Shown here: one piece after another, positions 9,006 through 19,386 of the stretch
Position numbering within the stretch: the first letter of the stretch is position 1
How the letters are laid out: every line of letters starts with the position of its first letter
IMG/VR virus record: IMGVR_UViG_3300025030_001854
Coordinates: 72,839-136,838 of that record
Source: a virus
Length of the DNA stretch: 64,000 bases
Reading direction: 5' to 3' (one strand)
Notes under the pieces: model-generated
What the model saw: the letters and a program-made list of their open reading frames with translations, nothing else
Told to the model about the DNA's origin: nothing
Databases searched by the model: none
Program-made: the position numbers and the translations under genes

Positions 9006-9510
9006 TTATGACTTTTATATTAAAGGGGTTTTTGGATTAGAATTTGATTCTTTCAAAGATGAGCGTGGTTATAATTTTGAAGGATTTAATCATAATTACT
9101 TAAAAAGGATACCTGCTTTAGATTTAGTATTTAAAGTTGATTCTTTTTCAAAATCCCGAAAATGGACATTAAGAGGTTTCCATGGAGACAAACAAAATCA
9201 TAAATTAGTTCAATGCCTTTCTGGAAGAATTCAATTAATACTATTAGATGCAAGACCTAATAGTTCGTCTTATGGAAAGACATTAGATATTGGGGTGATT
9301 TCTGGAGCTTTACCGAAAGCTTTTATTCTACCTCCTGGAGTATTAAATGCTCACTTATGTTTAAGCGAAGAATGTATATTTTTTTATAAACTAACTTATG
9401 GTTATGTTCCAATAGCAGAACAAATTCATGTTAAATGGAACTCTCCAAACTATAATATTTCATGGATTGGTAACTCAAAAGATTTTATATTATCAGAAAG
9501 AGACAAATAA
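8983..9510 (+). CDS. dTDP-4-dehydrorhamnose 3,5-epimerase (RmlC)-like cupin
   Basis: FKDERG, TLRGFHG, KLVQCLSG, DARPNSSSYG, PPGVLNAH motifs; likely start ATG 8983. Confidence 0.85.
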   Translation: MNQPRIVNYDFYIKGVFGLEFDSFKDERGYNFEGFNHNYLKRIPALDLVFKVDSFSKSRKWTLRGFHGDKQNHKLVQCLSGRIQLILLDARPNSSSYGKTLDIGVISGALPKAFILPPGVLNAHLCLSEECIFFYKLTYGYVPIAEQIHVKWNSPNYNISWIGNSKDFILSERDK

Positions 9511-10473
9511 ATGATTATTTTAATAACTGGCGGAGCTGGATATTTAGGAACTATCTTAATAGAAACACTATTAAATTATAGAAATATAGGATTAATAAGT
9601 TTTAAAAAAATAGTAGTTTACGACAATTTACTGTATAAACAAGATGGTATATTTCCATTATTGTCTGATTCTTCCGTAGAATTCGTATTGGGTGATGTTA
9701 GAGATTATACTAAACTTCAAGGATATATACAGGAAGCAGATTATATTATTCCTTTGGCGGCTATAGTTGGAGCCCCTGCTTGTGATAATGACCCAAAACT
9801 TGCAGAAGAAATTAATTACAGACAACTCTATTATATTTCTCAAAATTGTCCTTATCACTCAAGAATCATTGTTCCAAATACTAATTCTGGATATGGGGCG
9901 ACTAAAGATGGACAGCCCTGTTCCGAAAAAAGTCCTTTACGTCCATTATCGGTATATGGTGTTACTAAATGTAATGGAGAAAAAGCGGTTATGGAATCTG
10001 GACATGGATGTGCTTTTAGATTAGCTACTGTTTTTGGAACATCATATAGGTTTCGTAAAGATTTATTAGTTAACGATTTTGTCTTAAAAGCGATGACTGA
10101 TAAATATATTGTTTTATTTGAAAGTCATTTTAAAAGAAATTTTATTCACATAAGAGATGTGGCTCATGCTTTTATTCGGGCAATGATGAATTGGGATTTA
10201 TTTAAAAATGAAGTTTTTAATCTTGGATTATCTTCTGCTAATTTGTCAAAATTAGAATTATGTGAAGCTATAAAAAAACACATTCCAGATTTTGTTATTA
10301 AACAAGATGATTTCGCTAAAGATAAAGATAAAAGAAACTATATCGTCTCCAATAAGAAGCTTGAAAATGCCGGATGGACTGCTCTTAATAGCTTAGATGA
10401 TGGTATTCAAGAACTTATAAAAGCTTATCCAGTATTAATAAATTCTGGTCTTACAACATATACGAATTTATAA
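9511..10473 (+). CDS. NAD-dependent epimerase/dehydratase (extended SDR)
   Basis: TGGAGYLG, LAAIVG, YGVTK (YxxxK), FRLATVFG. Confidence 0.9.
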   Translation: MIILITGGAGYLGTILIETLLNYRNIGLISFKKIVVYDNLLYKQDGIFPLLSDSSVEFVLGDVRDYTKLQGYIQEADYIIPLAAIVGAPACDNDPKLAEEINYRQLYYISQNCPYHSRIIVPNTNSGYGATKDGQPCSEKSPLRPLSVYGVTKCNGEKAVMESGHGCAFRLATVFGTSYRFRKDLLVNDFVLKAMTDKYIVLFESHFKRNFIHIRDVAHAFIRAMMNWDLFKNEVFNLGLSSANLSKLELCEAIKKHIPDFVIKQDDFAKDKDKRNYIVSNKKLENAGWTALNSLDDGIQELIKAYPVLINSGLTTYTNL

Positions 10474-10476
10474 AAT

Positions 10477-11100
10477 ATGATAACAAATTTAACAAAACAA
10501 AACCTCATAGATTTTGAGGAAGACATTGCTCAATGTTTTAATCAGAAGATGATTAAAGCTCCCATTCATCTTTATTCAAATAACGAAGAAGAAATGATTA
10601 ACGTTTTTCAAGAAATTCGTCCTCAAGATTGGGTTTTTTCTGCTTGGCGAAGTCATTATCAATGTTTATTAAAAGGAGTTCCCCCAGAACAATTAAAACA
10701 AGCTATTCTTGATGGAAAATCTATTTCTTTATCCTTTCCATCTTATAAGATATTCTGTTCTGCTATAGTTGGGGGCTCGGTTCCCATTGCTGTCGGAACA
10801 GCCCTAGCTATTAAAAGACAAGGATTAGATGAAAAAGTTTATTGTTTTGTGGGAGATATGACTTCTGAGACAGGTATTATGTGGGAGAGCTTAAAATATA
10901 GTATTTCTTACGATTTACCTATTGTGTTTATTGTGGAAGATAATGGACTTTCTGTATGCACTGATACAAGAAAAACTTGGAATATGGAAATCCTTACTTT
11001 TGAATATCAGCTTCCAAAGTCTTCTAAAAAATACATAAGATATTATAAATACAAAAACAAATGGCCACATGCCGGTTCTGGGTCACGAATTCAATTTTAA
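10477..11100 (+). CDS. TPP-dependent E1-alpha-like subunit (short)
   Basis: PIHL, WRSH, SAIVGG, GDM...EDN TPP-binding motif. Confidence 0.85.
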   Translation: MITNLTKQNLIDFEEDIAQCFNQKMIKAPIHLYSNNEEEMINVFQEIRPQDWVFSAWRSHYQCLLKGVPPEQLKQAILDGKSISLSFPSYKIFCSAIVGGSVPIAVGTALAIKRQGLDEKVYCFVGDMTSETGIMWESLKYSISYDLPIVFIVEDNGLSVCTDTRKTWNMEILTFEYQLPKSSKKYIRYYKYKNKWPHAGSGSRIQF

Positions 11101-11870
11101 TGAAAACTTCATATATTTTAGCAACTAACAAAGACTTGGGATTTAGTCAAGATACAATTATTTCTATTTTATCGTTACCAAAACACGATATGGAACTAAT
11201 AGTCTGTTGTCCACAATCGTCTATACATCCACAACACGAAGATTTTTTAAAACGATATAATATAAAAATAATTATAGACAAAGAATGTTCTGGAAGCATT
11301 TTCGCATTTAATTACGCATATTCGTTTACTGATGGAGATTATATAGCTATGATGATAGAAGATATAATCCTTCCTCCTAATTATTTAGATATGCAAGCTT
11401 GGATGGAATCGGATTTTATGAAACAAAAACGTTTCAAAATATCTAATACATTATGGGATGCTGGCCCTGGATTATTAATGTATGGACATCATGACCCAAA
11501 CGCCATTGATGGAGACGAAAGATTTAGATGGCCAATTACTGCTCCACATTTATGTATTAATCCTGCTTATACTCCATATGCTGTAATTCCTCTTCCATTT
11601 TTTTTAAGAGAAACTGTTGAGAAAGAACTCCAAGGATATCTTTTTCATCCCAAAATTAAACATCATTTTCCAGACCATTGGTTAGGATTTTTTATATCTA
11701 AACAAGAACCATTCGAACCATTTAAATGGAGATGCCCAACGGTTCAATATCAAGTAAATACTAAATACTCTTTTCCTTATGATTGGTCAACTAATAACTA
11801 TGACATGAAAATTGTCGCCCAGCTAGCAGAAGACTTTATGGCAGGACAACAACTTTACGTCAATCCTTAA
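11100..11870 (+). CDS. Divergent GT2-like glycosyltransferase
   Basis: ELIVC...AFNYAYSFTDGDYIAMMIED; ATG 11100 overlaps the upstream TAA. Confidence 0.6.
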   Translation: MKTSYILATNKDLGFSQDTIISILSLPKHDMELIVCCPQSSIHPQHEDFLKRYNIKIIIDKECSGSIFAFNYAYSFTDGDYIAMMIEDIILPPNYLDMQAWMESDFMKQKRFKISNTLWDAGPGLLMYGHHDPNAIDGDERFRWPITAPHLCINPAYTPYAVIPLPFFLRETVEKELQGYLFHPKIKHHFPDHWLGFFISKQEPFEPFKWRCPTVQYQVNTKYSFPYDWSTNNYDMKIVAQLAEDFMAGQQLYVNP

Positions 11871-11871
11871 T

Positions 11872-12402
11872 ATGAGATATTTCAACGAATTAAAAAAATC
11901 AATGGAGTTTTTAGCCGATAACCCAAAAACCATATTTTTGGGGCAGGCTGTTATTTATGCTGGAACTGCGATAAGTAACACATTAAAAGATATTCCTGAA
12001 TATAAACGAATAGAATTTCCGGTAAATGAAGAATTGCAAGCTGGTGTTTCTAATGGTTTAGCTTTAGCCGGACTTATTCCTGTTAGTATATTTCCAAGAT
12101 GGAATTTCCTACTTCTTGCCACAAATCAAATAGTCAATCATCTTGATAAATTTCCTATTTTTTCTGGATATAAAACCAAGGTTATTATAAGAACAAGTAT
12201 TGGCTCTGAAAGACCATTACATCCTCAGTATCAACATGTTGGAGATTTTTCAGATGCCTTTAGATTAATGTGTCCTAACATTGAGGTTATTCGATTAGAT
12301 GAACCAGAACAGATATTTCTATCATATAAAAAGGCTCTAGAAAGAGAAGACGGAAAATCTACTATTTTAGTAGAATATGGAGATTTTTATAATGAAAAAT
12401 AA
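11872..12402 (+). CDS. TPP-dependent E1-beta/transketolase pyrimidine-binding subunit (no C-terminal domain)
   Basis: IFLGQAV, EFPVNEE, GLALAG, NQIVN, QH motifs. Confidence 0.85.
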   Translation: MRYFNELKKSMEFLADNPKTIFLGQAVIYAGTAISNTLKDIPEYKRIEFPVNEELQAGVSNGLALAGLIPVSIFPRWNFLLLATNQIVNHLDKFPIFSGYKTKVIIRTSIGSERPLHPQYQHVGDFSDAFRLMCPNIEVIRLDEPEQIFLSYKKALEREDGKSTILVEYGDFYNEK

Positions 12403-13342
12403 TGTCTTATTTGTAACCGAAAAATGGGCCGATGGTAATCCTAATTTTGGATTTACTCATACAATGACTGATATTTTTAATACATTCAGTCAAACCCAAA
12501 GAAACTATAATTTTAACACCCTTCATATTGACGAAGCTGGAGTTGTTTTTGGAAAGCATGTAGATGATATCCTTCCTCGCTATTGCCTTAGTTGGGATAT
12601 AAAAATAGTTATTGTTTCTCTTTTGGGGAACTCCCCAATGAATCCTTCTCTGGAATGCTTTCAAAAACTTAAACAATTAGGAATTTTTATTTGCTTCTTA
12701 TGGTGCGATAGTAACCCAAATGATTTGGCTCTCATTAATTATTTAAGACCAATTACAGACATTAATGTTTTCATGGATGCTTCTTATATTCCCGAAAGAA
12801 AATATGAAGAAAACGATTTAGTATTATGGACCCCGCTTGATTCAAATCTTTTTTATCCAGATGATAAAACTAGAGAAGTCTCATTCGTAGGACGCCTTTA
12901 TCCATACAGAGAGGCATCAATGTCTATGCTTTCAGAAGTTTATCCTAAAGCTATAGTGAAAAGTGGGCAAAGAGAACATCGTTTGTCTTTCGAGGAATAC
13001 GCCCAAATCACTAGAGAATCGCAAATAATAGTAAATTTTTCATATCACCCACTTGGTTATCACCAAGTAAAAGGAAGAGTATTTGAGGCCACAGCTAGTA
13101 ATTGTTTACTATTAGAGTCAGATAATCCAGCAACCGAAAAATTATTCATTCCCAATAAAGAATATGTTCCATTTATTTCCCCTAAAGATTTATTAGATAA
13201 AGTCAATTACTATTTAGAGAACGAGGAGGAAAGATTAAAGATAGCTCAATCGGGACATGAAGCTTATCAACAGCGTTTTAACATTACAATTTTTTGGAAT
13301 AAAATAATGTCTCGCGCAGAATCATATTTAAACAATGACTAA
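12392..13342 (+). CDS. CgeB-like GT-B glycosyltransferase
   Basis: VSFVG...R...KGRVFEATAS...L...F.PNKEYV...ERLKIAQSG; likely start ATG 12392. Confidence 0.8.
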   Translation: MKNNVLFVTEKWADGNPNFGFTHTMTDIFNTFSQTQRNYNFNTLHIDEAGVVFGKHVDDILPRYCLSWDIKIVIVSLLGNSPMNPSLECFQKLKQLGIFICFLWCDSNPNDLALINYLRPITDINVFMDASYIPERKYEENDLVLWTPLDSNLFYPDDKTREVSFVGRLYPYREASMSMLSEVYPKAIVKSGQREHRLSFEEYAQITRESQIIVNFSYHPLGYHQVKGRVFEATASNCLLLESDNPATEKLFIPNKEYVPFISPKDLLDKVNYYLENEEERLKIAQSGHEAYQQRFNITIFWNKIMSRAESYLNND

Positions 13343-14297
13343 AGTTTTAATGTTAAGTGCTAAATGGTGCGACGGAAATCCTAGCTTAGGACTTTCAAAT
13401 GATTTTCATAATGTATTTAATAGTTTTAGACAGAGTTTTTCAGAAATTCAATATGATATTTTATTTTATGATGAATGCTTAATTACATATTCTTCTCATA
13501 TAAATGATATACTATTGAACTATTGTGAAAAAAATAACGTCACCACCATAATTGTTTCGTTGATGGGTAACAGTCATTTAAATCCGTCTATTGAGTTATT
13601 AGCTCAACTTAAAAATCTTGGATATAAAGTATGCATTATTTGGCCCGACACGGGTCCAACTTGGGGTATGCAAACGATGGCAGCTATTGGGGAAAAAGTT
13701 AGTCTTCATGTTTCTTGGGATAATCCTCGCTCTCAGTTTCATGATAATACACCTAGAGTTAGTAATTATTTAAATTTGTGGACTCCAGAAGACAATACTC
13801 TATTTAGATTTTTAGATTTTGACAAGAAAGATATTGATGTAAGTTTTCTTGGAAGCACAGATAAATATCACGATAGATTATTTTTCTTGAATCATCTGAA
13901 AAAGTTTGCTAACATTTATATTAGCGGTGGACAGAGAGATAAACGTCTTTCTCCAGAACAATACGCTGATATTACACGAAGAAGCAAAATAGGAATTAAT
14001 TTTGCTCTTAGCCAAACAGGGGTATTTTGGCAAGCAAAAGGCCGAATATTCGAATATACTATGAGCGGAGCTTTATTATTAGATTTAGCCAATCCATCAA
14101 CAAAAGATTTTTTTACTCCAGGTGAAGATTTTATAGAATTTGTGAATATTGAAGATTTAATTAACAAAATCTCCTATTATCTTAATAATAAAGATGATAG
14201 AGAAAAGATAGCTCTGCAAGGACATAAAACTTGTTTATCTAAATACTCTTCTTATAAATATTGGGAGGCGATATTAAAGACAATGAATTCTATATGA
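13335..14297 (+). CDS. CgeB-like GT-B glycosyltransferase, tandem paralogue
   Basis: Shares KW.DGNP..G N-terminus and KGRIFE...FF.PGEDF...REKIA..G with the upstream gene. Confidence 0.8.
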   Translation: MTKVLMLSAKWCDGNPSLGLSNDFHNVFNSFRQSFSEIQYDILFYDECLITYSSHINDILLNYCEKNNVTTIIVSLMGNSHLNPSIELLAQLKNLGYKVCIIWPDTGPTWGMQTMAAIGEKVSLHVSWDNPRSQFHDNTPRVSNYLNLWTPEDNTLFRFLDFDKKDIDVSFLGSTDKYHDRLFFLNHLKKFANIYISGGQRDKRLSPEQYADITRRSKIGINFALSQTGVFWQAKGRIFEYTMSGALLLDLANPSTKDFFTPGEDFIEFVNIEDLINKISYYLNNKDDREKIALQGHKTCLSKYSSYKYWEAILKTMNSI

Positions 14298-15256
14298 AAA
14301 TTTTAATTACGGGTATTAATGGAAGTGCAGGTAGTTATCTTGGAGAATTTTTGGTAAATACTACTAATCATCAAATATTTGGAACTGTTAGGAATCATAA
14401 TGGACTATCTAATATTCAAAATATCAAAGATAAAGTTTCAATTATTTATGTTGATTTAATGGATTTTCCCTCTTTGTTAAAAACTCTAGACAAGTATCGT
14501 CCAGATGTTATTTTTCATATTGCTTCTATGGCCAACGTAAGGAATTCTTTTGATTCTCCTTGTGTTGTTGTTAATAATAATGTTAATATCACTCTTCATA
14601 TATTAGAAGCCGTTAGACTTTTAAAAGATAAGGATAATTATAATCCAATTATTCAACTATGTAGCACTTCTGAAGTATACGGAAATCCTAGTAAAGAATT
14701 TATTCCTATTGACGAAAATTGTCCACTTCTTCCAATTAATCCATATGCATCATCTAAATTGATGCAAGATAGTCTTGGTTACGTTTATTTTCTTAATTTT
14801 AAATTAAATGTAATCAGAACAAGAATGTTCTCTTATTTCAATCCTCGACGACCAGATTTATTTGCTACTCATTTTGCCAGACAAATTATAGATGTTTCCA
14901 ATGGTAAAAAAGAAACGGTTGAGCACGGAAATCTTTCTTCGATACGAACAATTATCGACCCAATGGAAGCTGCTGAATGTTATTGGTTAATAACCTGTAA
15001 CGGGAAAATTGGAGAGGTTTATAACATTGGTGGAATAGAACCAATTTCTGTTGGTGGAGTTTTAGAAGCATTAATTAAAAAATCTGGTAAAAATATACCA
15101 ACAAAGCAAATCTCTGGTTTAATGCGTCCATCTGATATAGATAGACAAATTCCAAATATCCACAAATTTCAAGCAGCGACCGGATGGACCCCCAAAAAAA
15201 CATTAAGTCAAAGTATTAATGATTTTTGGATAGATGTAAATAATCTATATCGTTAA
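14294..15256 (+). CDS. GDP-mannose dehydratase/Rmd-like SDR
   Basis: ITGINGSAG, STSEVYG, NPYASSK, GNLSSIR, RPSD; likely start ATG 14294. Confidence 0.8.
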   Translation: MKILITGINGSAGSYLGEFLVNTTNHQIFGTVRNHNGLSNIQNIKDKVSIIYVDLMDFPSLLKTLDKYRPDVIFHIASMANVRNSFDSPCVVVNNNVNITLHILEAVRLLKDKDNYNPIIQLCSTSEVYGNPSKEFIPIDENCPLLPINPYASSKLMQDSLGYVYFLNFKLNVIRTRMFSYFNPRRPDLFATHFARQIIDVSNGKKETVEHGNLSSIRTIIDPMEAAECYWLITCNGKIGEVYNIGGIEPISVGGVLEALIKKSGKNIPTKQISGLMRPSDIDRQIPNIHKFQAATGWTPKKTLSQSINDFWIDVNNLYR

Positions 15257-15261
15257 TTCCA

Positions 15262-17046
15262 ATGAAAAAAATTAAAGTTTATTTTAATGAGTTTAACATT
15301 CCAACAGATAACACTGTTTATTTTCCCTATTCGTCAGGATTGTTATTAGCATATTGTCTTCAGGACGAAGATGTTAGACTTAATTTTGATTTTCAAGAAT
15401 TTTTGTTTCGAAGGGAACCATTATTAAATATTTTATCTAGATATGAAAATCCAGATATAGCTTGTTTTTCATCATCAATTTGGAATCATCAGTTAAACTT
15501 GGCGGTTGCGAAAGAAATTAAAAATAGATTTCCTAATTGTCTAATTATCTTTGGTGGACCACAAGTTCCATTAAACAGTAATTTTTATATTGAAAATCCC
15601 TTTATAGATATAGGAATATTTGGGGAGGGAGAAATTATATTCCGAGATTTATTAATTAAATATTTAAAAAGGGAGAATAATTTTCCCCATCATATTACAT
15701 TAAAGAATGATGTTACAACTAAAGAAATAGATGTTTTTCCGTCACCATATTCATTAGGACTATTTGACCAATTAATTAAAGATAATCAAGATATTAAATT
15801 TAAAGCAATAGTAGAAACAAATCGTTCGTGTCCATTCTCTTGTGATTTTTGTTTTTGGGGACAATCAGACTTAAATAAGAAGATTGTCTTCCATTCTCTT
15901 GAATATACAAAGCAAGAAGCCTTATGGCTTGCAAAAAATCAAGTAGAATATATCTTCTGTGCAGACGCAAATTTTGGAATGTATAAAAGAGATATTGATG
16001 TAGCCCAACTATTTTCAGATATTAAATTAGAATATGGATATCCAGATAAGTTTCGCGTTTGTTATGGGAAAAATACAACAGAAAATATATTTAATACAGC
16101 TTTAATATTATCTAAAGCTAATTTAGCTAAAACAGTAACGCTAGCGAAACAATCTAACGATAAATCTGTATTAGCCAATATTCATCGTTCGAATATTAAT
16201 ACTAAAACATTTAAACAATTACAAATAAAATATACAGAAGCGGGAATCCCTACTTATACCGAATTAATATTAGGTCTTCCAGGAGAAACATATTCTTCAT
16301 TTTTGTCTGGACTAGAAGAAACCCTAGAATCTGTTATTAATAATCAGGTATTTATTTATCATTGTCAAGTTCTTCCAAATACAGCGATGGCAGAAAAAGA
16401 TTATATTTCAAAATATGGTTTAAAAACTGTTAAAATCCCACTAGCGGAAGTTCATGGTAGTGTTCGAGATAATTCTATCGTTCAAGAATTTGAGGAAATA
16501 GTTATTGGAACTAATTCAATGTCCCAAGAAGAATGGAAAAAGTGTGCCGTTATTTCTTGGTTAGCTCAATCTTTATATGGGCTTAAAGCTGCCGAAGAAA
16601 TTATTAATTTTCTTATTAAAGAATATAAAATCAAATTTACAGATTATTTTGAATTTATCTCTAAATGCGATATGGATGAAGTAAAATTATTATGGAGAGT
16701 AGCAAACGACATTACAGATGGGGAAAGGAGATGTCAACATGATGCTAGATTTGGGTCAATATATTATGACCCAGAAGAATTTGTTTTTTTATTGTTATGC
16801 TTAAATCCTAATAAATTCTTTCAAAAATTATTTCAAATAACTGTGGGATTTTTGATGTCTAAAGGTATAGACATAAAAAGTAAGTTTGCGGAGTTATTGA
16901 CAGTTTTTTCTGTTCAACAAGATAATCTCCCTTCTCCTTACGATTATAGTTCTACTAAAGAGTTTGCTACCAAAGTAGTCTTACATGGAAGAAAAAGTAA
17001 CTCAACTAAAAAACAAAGAAATCCAATAGGATTTCAATTAATATGA
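15262..17046 (+). CDS. B12-binding radical SAM enzyme
   Basis: N-terminal cobalamin-binding domain (FSSSIWN, IIFGGPQV, GEGE) and ETNRSCPFSCDFC. Confidence 0.9.
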   Translation: MKKIKVYFNEFNIPTDNTVYFPYSSGLLLAYCLQDEDVRLNFDFQEFLFRREPLLNILSRYENPDIACFSSSIWNHQLNLAVAKEIKNRFPNCLIIFGGPQVPLNSNFYIENPFIDIGIFGEGEIIFRDLLIKYLKRENNFPHHITLKNDVTTKEIDVFPSPYSLGLFDQLIKDNQDIKFKAIVETNRSCPFSCDFCFWGQSDLNKKIVFHSLEYTKQEALWLAKNQVEYIFCADANFGMYKRDIDVAQLFSDIKLEYGYPDKFRVCYGKNTTENIFNTALILSKANLAKTVTLAKQSNDKSVLANIHRSNINTKTFKQLQIKYTEAGIPTYTELILGLPGETYSSFLSGLEETLESVINNQVFIYHCQVLPNTAMAEKDYISKYGLKTVKIPLAEVHGSVRDNSIVQEFEEIVIGTNSMSQEEWKKCAVISWLAQSLYGLKAAEEIINFLIKEYKIKFTDYFEFISKCDMDEVKLLWRVANDITDGERRCQHDARFGSIYYDPEEFVFLLLCLNPNKFFQKLFQITVGFLMSKGIDIKSKFAELLTVFSVQQDNLPSPYDYSSTKEFATKVVLHGRKSNSTKKQRNPIGFQLI

Positions 17047-17879
17047 AAAGTCCAGACGTATCTATTATTTTACCGTCTATTCGCCCAGAAAATCTGATTA
17101 AATTTTATGAATCAGCTCAAAATGCTTGTCAGAGATATTCTTTTGAAATTATAATTCCTGGTCCATATCTAATTCCAGAAGAATTAATGAAAAAAGGAAA
17201 TGTTGTATTTATTCATACTTACGCTAATCCAACTATTTGTTTTCAAATGGCGGCTCTTTTAGCTAGGGGGGAATTTATTTATAATACAACAGATGATGGA
17301 TTATTACAACCCAATGTTATTGATATTGCTGTTGACCTTCATAGAGAAGCATTGACATTCAAAGATATGATAAATATGAGGTATGATGAAGGAGTATTAG
17401 ACCCGATAACTCTTTTACCTTTAAAAGAAAATCATGAACATTTCTCTCCATATTATTGGATTGCCCATTCTCATGCTGATTTAAGATTACCGGGAATTCC
17501 CGTTAATTATAAATTATGTATGCATTTCTTTATTAAGAAGAACTATTTTCTTTGGCTTGGTGGATTTGATTGTAATTATGAATATAGCAATCATGCTTTA
17601 CACGATTTAGCTTTTAGAGTTCAATCAGATGGAGGACAAATTGTAAGTCTTCCTGTGGTTGCTTTTTATTGTTCTCATCTTCCTGGCCAGCAGGGCGACC
17701 ATGGACCAGTAAATGATGCTCAATTAGGACCAGACATTACAAGATTTAATTCTATCTACGGAAACTCAACCCTAGATATAAAACAAAGAATTAATTTAAA
17801 TTATGACGATTGGAAGAATTTTCCTAATATATGGGAAAGAAGATTTGATAAAAATAATTTGTTAGTTAATAAAATATGA
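17043..17879 (+). CDS. GT2-family glycosyltransferase
   Basis: VSIILPSIR, TTDD, LGGFD...DLAFR. Confidence 0.8.
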   Translation: MKSPDVSIILPSIRPENLIKFYESAQNACQRYSFEIIIPGPYLIPEELMKKGNVVFIHTYANPTICFQMAALLARGEFIYNTTDDGLLQPNVIDIAVDLHREALTFKDMINMRYDEGVLDPITLLPLKENHEHFSPYYWIAHSHADLRLPGIPVNYKLCMHFFIKKNYFLWLGGFDCNYEYSNHALHDLAFRVQSDGGQIVSLPVVAFYCSHLPGQQGDHGPVNDAQLGPDITRFNSIYGNSTLDIKQRINLNYDDWKNFPNIWERRFDKNNLLVNKI

Positions 17880-19384
17880 AAAACGATTTAGATATCCTAC
17901 TTATTCATCCGAATTCTGCTAAAAGAGTCTATCAAGACCTTAGTAATAATTTTTCAGCTATAGAACCCCCAATTTGGGCGTTAATGATTGCTTCTTATCT
18001 TATAAATAAAGGGTGGAATGTAGAAATACTCGACTGCGAAGCTTTAAGGTTAAATCCAAAAGAAGTATATACAATCGTTAAAAATAAATCTCCAAAAGTA
18101 ATTGGTATGGTTGTTTATGGGCAACAGCCATCAGCCTCGACACAAAATATGACAGGGGCAATCGACATTATGCATAAATTGGCTGATTTAGATATTACTC
18201 GTATCTATATTGGTCCGCACCCCTCTTCGTTACCGATAAGAACTATAGAAGACGACCCAGGAGCATTGGTTTGTCAGGGGGAAGGTCCAATTACATTGGA
18301 TATATTATTAAAACAAAAAAATCACAAAGATATTAGCGATAGGAAAAAAGTTCCTGGATTGTGGTATTTTAATTATATTTCTGGAAAGATAGAGGGAAAT
18401 TGCTCTGCTCCTTTATTACGAGACTTAGATAATGATATTCCGAATTTGCCTCTTGACCTTCTTCCTTTAGAACAGTATAGAACTTCTAATTGGCATAGTT
18501 GGACTAATGAAAATAAAACTCAACCATTTTTATCTTTATATACCAGTTTGGGATGTCCTTTTCAGTGTTCTTTTTGTATGATTAATTCTCCATTTAATAA
18601 TGGGGATAATAAAAATAATACTTTCCGCACTTGGTCGCCCGCTCATACATTAAGGATTTTAAGGGGTTTTACTGATAAGGGGGTTACTAATGTTAAAATA
18701 GCTGATGAAATGTTTGTCTTAAAACCACCCCATTTTCTTGAAATTTGTAAGGGTGTTATTGATAGCGGGATGAAATTTAATTTTTGGGCTTACGCAAGAA
18801 TAGACACCGTAAGAGAACAATATTTAGATATTCTTAAAAAAGCTGGAGTAAATTGGCTAGCACTAGGTATTGAATCTGGTAATATTAAAGTAAGGCAAGA
18901 AGTCATTAAGGGTAAATTTCAAGAATTAAATATTCATGATATTGTTTCTAAAATTCAAAATCATGGAATTTGTTCTATGAATAATTTTATATTTGGGTTA
19001 CCAACAGACACCATTGAAACAATGCAATCAACGTTAGATTTAGCTATGAACTTAAATGGCGAATATGCTAATATGTATTGTGCTATGGGTTATCCTGGAA
19101 GTCAATTACACAGAGATTTTTCTCAACATAATCCATCTGTTTTACCAGAAAACAATGGCGTCGGATGGATAGGATATTCTCAACACGCTTACGAAACGTT
19201 TAATCTTCCGACAGAAGTATTAAAAAATCATGAAATTCTTAAATTTCGTGACGAAGCGGTAATTAAATATTTTAGTAACCCATCTTATTTGGAAAAAATG
19301 ACATTAAAATTTGGACCTAATTTTAAAACAGAAATACAAAACATGTTAAATATTAGATTAAAAAGAAAAATATTAGGAGACTAA
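17876..19384 (+). CDS. B12-binding radical SAM enzyme
   Basis: PPIW, IGPHPS, GEG, TSLGCPFQCSFC, GIESG, FIFGLP. Confidence 0.9.
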   Translation: MKNDLDILLIHPNSAKRVYQDLSNNFSAIEPPIWALMIASYLINKGWNVEILDCEALRLNPKEVYTIVKNKSPKVIGMVVYGQQPSASTQNMTGAIDIMHKLADLDITRIYIGPHPSSLPIRTIEDDPGALVCQGEGPITLDILLKQKNHKDISDRKKVPGLWYFNYISGKIEGNCSAPLLRDLDNDIPNLPLDLLPLEQYRTSNWHSWTNENKTQPFLSLYTSLGCPFQCSFCMINSPFNNGDNKNNTFRTWSPAHTLRILRGFTDKGVTNVKIADEMFVLKPPHFLEICKGVIDSGMKFNFWAYARIDTVREQYLDILKKAGVNWLALGIESGNIKVRQEVIKGKFQELNIHDIVSKIQNHGICSMNNFIFGLPTDTIETMQSTLDLAMNLNGEYANMYCAMGYPGSQLHRDFSQHNPSVLPENNGVGWIGYSQHAYETFNLPTEVLKNHEILKFRDEAVIKYFSNPSYLEKMTLKFGPNFKTEIQNMLNIRLKRKILGD

Positions 19385-19386
19385 TT

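Noticed and set aside
10477-12402. Pyruvate dehydrogenase auxiliary metabolic genes
   Set aside because: Subunits are truncated, E2/E3 are absent, and the context is NDP-sugar biosynthesis
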